DNA of 32,000 nt from Candidatus Nanosynbacter lyticus. Lineage in GTDB: Bacteria; Patescibacteriota; Saccharimonadia; Saccharimonadales; Saccharimonadaceae. Both the position numbers and the translations under genes were made by a program. The stretch is taken from contig NZ_CP007496.1 of NCBI RefSeq assembly GCF_000803625.1, positions 540,001 to 572,000 on the forward strand, written 5' to 3'. Position 1 is the first letter of the stretch. Every line of letters starts with the position of its first letter. Positions 25,810-32,000 of the stretch are shown piece by piece. Below the pieces are notes generated by a model. It was given only the letters and a program-made list of their open reading frames with translations, was not told the DNA's origin and made no database searches.

Positions 25810-26544
25810 GTGAGCACTATGGAGACCGGCAAACAAAGACCCGCAAATGATTTCCATAGCGCAATGGAAGCAGTTATAAAAGCAATACGCGAGAAAAAAT
25901 TCGGACAAGCGGCGATATTAGCCTCCCCGGCCTATAATTTAACACCAAACTTATCCGAACAAGCCCGTGCTGCCCGTGATTTAAGTGCCGCCTACCGCCA
26001 TCAAGGCGACTACGATGAATCCGAAAAATGGGCCACTGAAGCAGTGGAGCAACATGAAGCTTTGGTCGAAGAAGGAGAGAATCGCAGTACGCTACGTGAA
26101 CTGGGTGCGAGCGTCGCAACGCTCGGAACCCTGCAGCTACAGCATATCGTAACAGACCCTTCTTATGATAATCAGGAAAACTCTCAACGGGCAGCAGAAA
26201 ATCTAAGCAAAGGTCTGCGCTATATTGAAGAGTCTCGCGAGCATGCTGCAGACAAGAACCGCAAGATTGACCAATATGACATTAACTTTACTGCTCGTAC
26301 AGGCTTCGCTGAAGCGTTGGCTGGCGATACAAAGAGGAGTCTAGCACTGGGCGCAAGAGCTGTGCGGTTGGCGTTTTTGTCTGAATCACCAAAGATTGAC
26401 ACTTCAAATCCAAATATGACAGCCAAAGAACGCTTCAAATCTAAGGCTCGCGCGTTTGTAAGAGGCGTTGGCGCGGTAGCTGTGGCGGCAGTGGCGCCAT
26501 CTAATAGGGAGTTGGCTAAATCTATTGTCGAGAGGCTTAATTAA
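25810..26544 (+). CDS. Helical, TPR-like repeat protein (244 aa from GTG; ATG at 25819 is the alternative start)
   Basis: LSAAYRHQGDYDESEKWATEAVEQHEAL resembles a TPR unit; a second ALAGDTKRSLALGARAVRLA helical pair follows. TGGTATAAA at 25800-25808. Confidence 0.6.
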   Translation: MSTMETGKQRPANDFHSAMEAVIKAIREKKFGQAAILASPAYNLTPNLSEQARAARDLSAAYRHQGDYDESEKWATEAVEQHEALVEEGENRSTLRELGASVATLGTLQLQHIVTDPSYDNQENSQRAAENLSKGLRYIEESREHAADKNRKIDQYDINFTARTGFAEALAGDTKRSLALGARAVRLAFLSESPKIDTSNPNMTAKERFKSKARAFVRGVGAVAVAAVAPSNRELAKSIVERLN

Positions 26545-28979
26545 TTGGCCGATGGAATCACTGGAGCTTGAGGAGTTTGGCTACTTAAAATCTGACGAAT
26601 TTGCTCAGCGGTAATAATTGTAGTTGATCCAGGCGCAATTGTACCAGCTAGCATTTGCTTAGCGACAGTATTCTCAACCGCTCGTTGGACAACGCGACGC
26701 ATCGGACGGGCGCCCAGGCGCGGATCGTAGCCAGCTTCAACCAATAGCTTCTTACCTTCCTCTTCAACTGCAACTTGAATTTTTTGCGGTGCCAAAGTTT
26801 TATTAACACCAGCCAAAATCAAATCGACGACCTGCAATAGCTCCTCCTTGCCTAGCGGCCGGAACAAAACAATTTCATCAAAACGGTTCAAAAACTCTGG
26901 TCGGAATAGGTTAGCGTTGATTAACTCATCAATAAACGTTTGCTCAAATTGCTCCAGCTGATAACCACGCTCGATATATTCACGAATTCTATCCGCTCCA
27001 GCGTTTGACGTAGCAATGACAATCGTATCGCGAAAACTAATTTCCCGGTTATTTTCATCACGCAGGATACCCTCGTCCAATAGCTGCAGTAAAGTCGTCA
27101 ACACCTGCGGATGAGCTTTTTCAATCTCATCCAGTAGCACCACTGAAAACGGCTTTTTTTGCACCTGAGCCGTCAAGCTACCTGAGTCGCGCGCCCCATC
27201 GGCAATCAGCCGCGCTACATCATCTGGGCGGACAAACTCGTTTAAATCTAAGCGAATCATACTACCTTCGCCGCCAAAATAAACATCCGCCAAAGCTTTG
27301 GATAATTCAGTCTTACCAACACCAGTCGGACCGAGGAACAGGAAAGCGCCAATTGGGCGATTTTGGTTCCTAACGCCAGTACGCGCCCGACGAATAGCAT
27401 CGGAAACAACCGTAACCGCCCGCGACTGATTAATCATGCGCTGGTGAATCAGAGATTCCAAATTCAGCAGCTTTTCCCTCTCGTCACTTAGCGATGCCAC
27501 GGAAATCTTTATACCGAGTGTCTTCTCAATAGCGTCATCCACTGATTGTGCCGTCACCAGCCCATCACTAGCATAGCTTGCCGCTGCCTCTAAAATTTTT
27601 AGAGCCTTACCCGGCATTACCAAGTCCTGAACATATCGATCGCCCACTCGGTAAGCCTCCGCCAAAGCTTGATACATATACCTAACTTTATGTTGTGCCT
27701 CAAACAGCACCAGTTGATCACGCATAATTTTCATAGTTTCCGATTCACTAGACGGCTGAATAGCGATGGTATTTAAGGCGTGAGCTAGCTGCGGTTTAGT
27801 CTGAGAAATTTGCAAGAAACGCTGCTCGTCCATTGTCAAAATCATCCTCAATCTGCCAGCTTCTAGAATTGGCAGTAGTACATTACTCAAATCAACAGAA
27901 CCAACGCCCTCTTCAAAAAATAGCTGTGCATTATCCAGGCATAAAATAACATTCTTTGATAAAAACGCCTCATTTAAGATCATTGTTACCAGATTTTCCA
28001 ATTCACCGCGACCCGACGCTACGCTAACCAAAGATGAAGAGTCAAGTATAAAAACTTGCTGATACATCAACGACCCAGGAACGCCCTGATGTCCATCAAT
28101 CAACATCTCTGCAAACGCCGAAACTACCGTACTTTTCCCAGCGCCATCAGCACCAATTAACGCAATGTTCTGACGACCACCTGAGCTAAATATTTTCATC
28201 ATTTGCTCAAGCGCACTTTCATGCGCCGCCAACTTTGTAGTAAGCATCTGACCGGAAATGTTAGCGCTAATATTCTGCGCAAAGCGGCTCAGCAGCGGAG
28301 TATAACCGAACGACCAATCTCTGGCAATTCCGCCAGTCCGTAACGGTTTTTTGTTATGCTCTTCAATTAATGCCTTTATACGCTCGTACCACTTGATAGT
28401 CTCTTCGATATCCTGAAAATCAATTTTCATATTTGCCAGCAACGAATCATGCTGCGGCAACTGTTTTACTATAGCCGCGGCTAAAACCGCACTGGTAATC
28501 TTCGGACTTTTAGTGCTCTGCCAAATCTCAATTGCCGCTTTCCAGACCTGCTCGGTTTGGTCTGGATTGTCAACGGAAATATTATGTAAAAAGTTTGGCG
28601 TTAAACCCAGGCGCAAGGCTAAAAACTGTCCAGCTCGAGTGCCCGTAATCGCTTCAGCAATATCAGTTGGTGTTGGTCGGCGTGGCAACTTCCCCAAAAC
28701 GTCAGCCGCCATCACATCATCAATAGTCTGCGGATTCTTATTAATCTCCGCCGTCTTCAAATCTTTCTCCCACCAAATAGACAGCATAACCATCGGACCG
28801 CTTAGACCCAGCATCAGCCAGCCGACCGATCCGTGTTCAATCAGCATCCACACCCCAAGCACCACTATCATGATACCAATTGCTATTACCACAACGTGCC
28901 AAGCATTGCCGAATCTAACTGAAAACCTTGCCTTTTGGGACCTCAAACTATCGTAATTAAATTTTGGCTGCACATTCAT
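26541..28979 (-). CDS. Membrane-anchored ClpA/ClpC-type double AAA+ ATPase
   Basis: Two N-terminal hydrophobic helices (VVVIAIGIMIVVLGVWMLI; VGWLMLGLSGPMVMLSIWW), then IALIGADGAGKSTVVSAFAEML (AAA-1) and FLFLGPTGVGKTELSKALA / VVLLDEIEKAHP / NRFDEIVLF / GYDPRLGARPMRRVVQR (AAA-2, ClpB D2-small). The ATG at 28979 overlaps the upstream stop (ATGA), so the track start at 29066 is probably too long. Confidence 0.88.
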   Translation of the reverse strand: MNVQPKFNYDSLRSQKARFSVRFGNAWHVVVIAIGIMIVVLGVWMLIEHGSVGWLMLGLSGPMVMLSIWWEKDLKTAEINKNPQTIDDVMAADVLGKLPRRPTPTDIAEAITGTRAGQFLALRLGLTPNFLHNISVDNPDQTEQVWKAAIEIWQSTKSPKITSAVLAAAIVKQLPQHDSLLANMKIDFQDIEETIKWYERIKALIEEHNKKPLRTGGIARDWSFGYTPLLSRFAQNISANISGQMLTTKLAAHESALEQMMKIFSSGGRQNIALIGADGAGKSTVVSAFAEMLIDGHQGVPGSLMYQQVFILDSSSLVSVASGRGELENLVTMILNEAFLSKNVILCLDNAQLFFEEGVGSVDLSNVLLPILEAGRLRMILTMDEQRFLQISQTKPQLAHALNTIAIQPSSESETMKIMRDQLVLFEAQHKVRYMYQALAEAYRVGDRYVQDLVMPGKALKILEAAASYASDGLVTAQSVDDAIEKTLGIKISVASLSDEREKLLNLESLIHQRMINQSRAVTVVSDAIRRARTGVRNQNRPIGAFLFLGPTGVGKTELSKALADVYFGGEGSMIRLDLNEFVRPDDVARLIADGARDSGSLTAQVQKKPFSVVLLDEIEKAHPQVLTTLLQLLDEGILRDENNREISFRDTIVIATSNAGADRIREYIERGYQLEQFEQTFIDELINANLFRPEFLNRFDEIVLFRPLGKEELLQVVDLILAGVNKTLAPQKIQVAVEEEGKKLLVEAGYDPRLGARPMRRVVQRAVENTVAKQMLAGTIAPGSTTIITAEQIRQILSSQTPQAPVIPSAN

Positions 28980-29350
28980 AGCGAAACCCCCATTTGCCAC
29001 AGCACAATTCCCACAAACGGCAATAGCGGCAAGATCAGCCACAGAATAATTCCCAGAATCATCCACAAAACCCTCAGTAATATCATCAATATTCCGACAA
29101 TTATCACTACAGAGCGTACCACCATGCCAACCACGCGTGAAAATAACTTATCGAAAAATGCCGACAACTGAACTGGCGCAGCACCGCCAACTGGAGACGC
29201 TGAAATCTGACGAAACGGATTAAATAACGTTTTTAATAACAATCCGACCGAAAAAAAGTCTGCCGTTCGCAAAACCCCCAAAAAACCTTGCTGAATGTGT
29301 TGCAATAATCCACTGCCATACCACCACTGAAAGATCCCCACCAAAAACAT
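28976..29350 (-). CDS. Small hydrophobic membrane protein translationally coupled to the Clp-type ATPase
   Basis: MFLVGIFQWWYGSGLLQHIQQGFLG... then GMVVRSVVIIVGILMILLRVLWMILGIILWLILPLLPFVGIVLW; ATG at 29350 lies 6 nt after TGCTACAAT. Confidence 0.72.
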   Translation of the reverse strand: MFLVGIFQWWYGSGLLQHIQQGFLGVLRTADFFSVGLLLKTLFNPFRQISASPVGGAAPVQLSAFFDKLFSRVVGMVVRSVVIIVGILMILLRVLWMILGIILWLILPLLPFVGIVLWQMGVSL

Positions 29351-29356
29351 ATTGAT

Positions 29357-29365
29357 ATTGTAGCA
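29357..29365 (-). promoter_or_regulatory. Extended -10 TGCTACAAT, 6 nt before the ATG at 29350
   Basis: Reverse strand TGCTACAATATCAATATG. Confidence 0.55.
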
Positions 29366-29394
29366 TATTAGCCCAGCAGAGTATAATGGATTAT

Positions 29395-30657
29395 ATGGCA
29401 AGACAGATGATCAGTACTATAATTGGCAAAGGGGTCAAGAAGGTTGCAAGATTACGCGGCGGCGGTTCAGCTCTGCCAGGCTTAGTGATTGAGAAAATTG
29501 ACCCAAAGTTCATCCAGCGCACACTGAAAGACCTACCACAAGGCGTGGTAATTATCAGCGGCACTAACGGAAAAACAACAACCACAAAAATCGTCGTGGA
29601 ATTGCTCGAGTCAGTTGGATTAAGGGTTTTTACGAATCGGACTGGCAGTAATTTTTCCCGAGGCGTAGCAGCTGCGCTGCTGGACGAAGTCAACCTCCGT
29701 GGTAAACTGGAAGCCGATATTGCAGTCCTGGAACTTGACGAGGCCTGGGCGGTGAAATTTGTGCAAATGGTTCGCCCACGATTCTCGCTATTATTAAATG
29801 TGATGCGCGATCAGCTAGATAGATTTGGAGAGATTGATAATACAGCGTCGCTGCTTCAGAAAATAGCCGAAGCAACTACCGATACTGTTGTTCTTAATCG
29901 CGACGATCCACGGATTTTTAAGATTAGTAAAAACATTCAGGCTAAAAAAGTATTCTTCGGCACAACCGACGAGCTACTTAAATTAATGCCGACCGACGAC
30001 AACTTAAAATACGGTGCAGCAATTGCTAACCAAAGCGTAAACGTCGATGTTTTATTAAAAAAGATTAGCGGCCAGGAGGCGACTCTACAGATTGACAACA
30101 AAGAAACTGCTGTCAATTTAAAGCTTACCGGCGTTTATAATTTACTTAATGCCGCAGCAGCTACAGCCCTGGCGCGACAAATTACCGGACCGGAAGTTAC
30201 AGACACCATATTGTCAGCGCTCGAAAATATTAAGCCAGCCTTTGGTCGCGGTGAAACAATTTTCCTAAACGGCACTCCAATTGAACTTATTCTCGTTAAA
30301 AATCCAAGCGGTTTTCGACTGGCGCTTTTGTCATTTGCCAAAAATAGCAGCGCGACGATGATCGCGGTTAATGACAATTACGCAGACGGGCGAGATGTTA
30401 GTTGGTTTTGGGATGTTGACTTTTCGGCTCTGAAAAAGGTAGCCATGATTAGTGGGGTGCGCGCTTATGACATGGCGCTGCGTCTTCAATATGACGAAGT
30501 TGCGATTGAAAAAATTGACACCGATATTACGCGGGCGTTAGATGATTTTATCAACGACCGCCCAGAAGAACCAAAGCAAATATTCTGTAGCTATACCGCC
30601 ATGACTGCAATTCGACGCCTGCTTAGCGAAAAAACCGACGTAGAGGAAATATTATGA
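29395..30657 (+). CDS. murT: Mur ligase-like subunit of lipid II isoglutaminyl synthase (MurT)
   Basis: ISGTNGKTTTTKIV, NRTGSNFSRGVAAALL, ELDEAWAVKFV, NVMRDQLDRFGE, GVYNLLNAAAATALA; overlaps gatD. ATG at 29395 is 7 nt after TATAAT (29382-29387); the track start at 29386 lies inside that -10. Confidence 0.9.
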   Translation: MARQMISTIIGKGVKKVARLRGGGSALPGLVIEKIDPKFIQRTLKDLPQGVVIISGTNGKTTTTKIVVELLESVGLRVFTNRTGSNFSRGVAAALLDEVNLRGKLEADIAVLELDEAWAVKFVQMVRPRFSLLLNVMRDQLDRFGEIDNTASLLQKIAEATTDTVVLNRDDPRIFKISKNIQAKKVFFGTTDELLKLMPTDDNLKYGAAIANQSVNVDVLLKKISGQEATLQIDNKETAVNLKLTGVYNLLNAAAATALARQITGPEVTDTILSALENIKPAFGRGETIFLNGTPIELILVKNPSGFRLALLSFAKNSSATMIAVNDNYADGRDVSWFWDVDFSALKKVAMISGVRAYDMALRLQYDEVAIEKIDTDITRALDDFINDRPEEPKQIFCSYTAMTAIRRLLSEKTDVEEIL

Positions 30658-31379
30658 CAAAAATAACAATTGCACAACTTTATCCACGAGACATGAATTT
30701 ATACGGCGACTGGGGTAACACGCTGGTCCTAAAAAAACGCCTAGAGTGGCGCGGTTTTGAAGTCGAAATTATCGACCACAATCCAGGCGATTCAACAGAC
30801 TTTTCTAAGATTGATATTTTCGTCGGTGGTGGCGGTCAAGACTCTGGCCAGACGATTATCCAAAACGACCTTTTGAAACGAGCAGACGAGCTCCAACAAT
30901 TAGCAAACGACGGCGTGCCGATGCTAATGATTTGTGGTATGTATCAGCTCTTCGGCCGCTTTTTCCGCACACTTAAGGGCGAAGAGATTGTTGGCGCTAA
31001 TATTTTACCGATTGAAACAATTGCTGGCGAGGAACGAATGATTGGCAATATTATTATCAAGAGCCAAGAATTTGGCGAGATTATCGGATACGAAAATCAT
31101 AGTGGGCAGACCTTCCTTGATAAAACTGTCACGCCGCTAGGGCAAGTGATTAAGGGTGCTGGTAATAATATGATTGATACGAATGAAGGCGTTCGGTATA
31201 ACAATGTTATAGCCACATATCTCCACGGCCCAATCCTACCGAAAAACCCACAAATTGCTGATTTTCTAATCAATGAAGTCCTAAGACGACGCGATATCAG
31301 CATAGACTTTGGAGTAGATAATATTGACGATGAGATAGCCCACAAGGCACGTGAAATATCCCTAAAACTTCCCAGATAG
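30654..31379 (+). CDS. gatD: Glutamine amidotransferase subunit of lipid II isoglutaminyl synthase (GatD)
   Basis: LYPRDMNLYGDWGN, GGGGQDSGQ, MLMICGMYQLFG (nucleophile Cys), VIATYLHGPILPKNP (catalytic His). Confidence 0.93.
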   Translation: MTKITIAQLYPRDMNLYGDWGNTLVLKKRLEWRGFEVEIIDHNPGDSTDFSKIDIFVGGGGQDSGQTIIQNDLLKRADELQQLANDGVPMLMICGMYQLFGRFFRTLKGEEIVGANILPIETIAGEERMIGNIIIKSQEFGEIIGYENHSGQTFLDKTVTPLGQVIKGAGNNMIDTNEGVRYNNVIATYLHGPILPKNPQIADFLINEVLRRRDISIDFGVDNIDDEIAHKAREISLKLPR

Positions 31380-31383
31380 TGTA

Positions 31384-32000
31384 ATGAAAAATATATGCGC
31401 AAATCTTAAGAATTTATATGCATTTCTTCATAAAATACCCAGCTGGGTCTGGCTAATTCCCATATTAATTTTAGCTATTAGCGCTCGCACTACCCAATTA
31501 ACCAAGGCTGATATTTGGCACGATGAGGGCTATACTGCTACCATTATCAATCAGCCCTTGATTGACATTATCTCCACGACAACCACGGACGTACATCCAC
31601 CATTTTATTACATTATCATGCATTTTTGGCAATTGCTTTTTGGCAGTTCAGTCACTGCGCTCAGAAGCTTTAGTGTCGTATGTGGCGCCATGACAGTCGC
31701 CATGCTATTTCTCTTACTGCAAAAGCTATTCTCTAAAAGAATCGCTATATTTGGAGCTTTTTTAGCAGCTTTAGGACCATTCCTGATCCGCTATAGCGAT
31801 GAGGCGAGGATGTATGCTTTAGCGGCGCTGATTGGCGTAGCAGCCACCTATGCATTTATTATGGCGGTCGAGAGAAAAGACAAAAAACCCTGGTGGATAT
31901 TATACGGATTTTTAGTGGCAATTGGCATTTACACACAGTACTTCCTGGCACTGCTGCTTCCAGCTCACTTCGTCTATTTATGGCTAAAAATTGATGGAAA
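31384..32000 (+). CDS. GT-C/PMT-like multi-spanning glycosyltransferase, N-terminal part (runs off the right edge)
   Basis: Manual translation MKNICANLKNLYAFLHKIPSWVWLIPILILAISARTTQLTKADIWHDEGYTATIINQPLIDIISTTTTDVHPPFYYIIMHFWQLLFGSS...; the DE after helix 1 and the HPPFYY motif are typical of this superfamily. Open to 32000. Confidence 0.8.
   Translation, partial: MKNICANLKNLYAFLHKIPSWVWLIPILILAISARTTQLTKADIWHDEGYTATIINQPLIDIISTTTTDVHPPFYYIIMHFWQLLFGSSVTALRSFSVVCGAMTVAMLFLLLQKLFSKRIAIFGAFLAALGPFLIRYSDEARMYALAALIGVAATYAFIMAVERKDKKPWWILYGFLVAIGIYTQYFLALLLPAHFVYLWLKIDG

Noticed and set aside
31097-31402. Minus-strand 101-aa ORF opposite gatD
   Set aside because: Opposite the conserved GatD C-terminus and the start of the next gene; shadow ORF.
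1-32000. Alternative genetic code (UGA recoding as in Gracilibacteria/SR1)
   Set aside because: TGA is used as a normal stop (pcrA at 2573-2575, ATGA overlaps at 22688-22691 and 28976-28979) and conserved families read through without in-frame TGA.
1-32000. CRISPR arrays, transposases, integrases, phage or toxin-antitoxin modules
   Set aside because: No regularly spaced repeats and no corresponding protein motifs seen in any listed ORF; the many tRNA genes show no flanking integrase or attachment-like duplication by eye.

Overview
The window looks like a compact Patescibacteria/CPR genome, most likely a Saccharibacteria (TM7)-like organism; this is inferred from gene content and style, not from a database search. 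Supported content, left to right: partial ksgA/rsmA(-); two adjacent G5/DUF348 cell-wall proteins (one with a C-terminal 3D-like domain, one with an Rpf-like domain); pcrA/uvrD; an acidic tail-anchored protein; tpiA, pgk, pyk; tRNA-Glu; a small membrane protein; a 7TM-type histidine kinase; a methyltransferase-like protein; a divergent stand-alone receiver; folD; tRNA-His, -Lys, -Arg(TCT), -Gly; a divergent GT35 alpha-glucan phosphorylase; an HTH-MurA fusion; glyA; a type IV pilin; a four-gene minor-pilin operon whose last gene fuses a pilin-like N-terminus to a seven-repeat RCC1 propeller; murB; tRNA-Arg(TCG) and tRNA-Arg(CCG); a helical/TPR-like protein; a membrane-anchored Clp-type AAA+ ATPase coupled to a small membrane protein; murT/gatD; and a partial GT-C-like membrane protein. 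The two most interesting observations are (1) the minor-pilin operon ending in a Cys-rich RCC1 propeller on a pilin-like stalk lacking Glu5, which resembles a fused tip adaptor plus PilY1-like adhesin, and (2) an extended -10 motif (TGN-TATAAT and variants) placed 6-7 nt before the ATG of many first-in-operon genes, implying widespread leaderless transcription and several start-site corrections. No CRISPR array, transposon, prophage or stop-codon recoding was seen.
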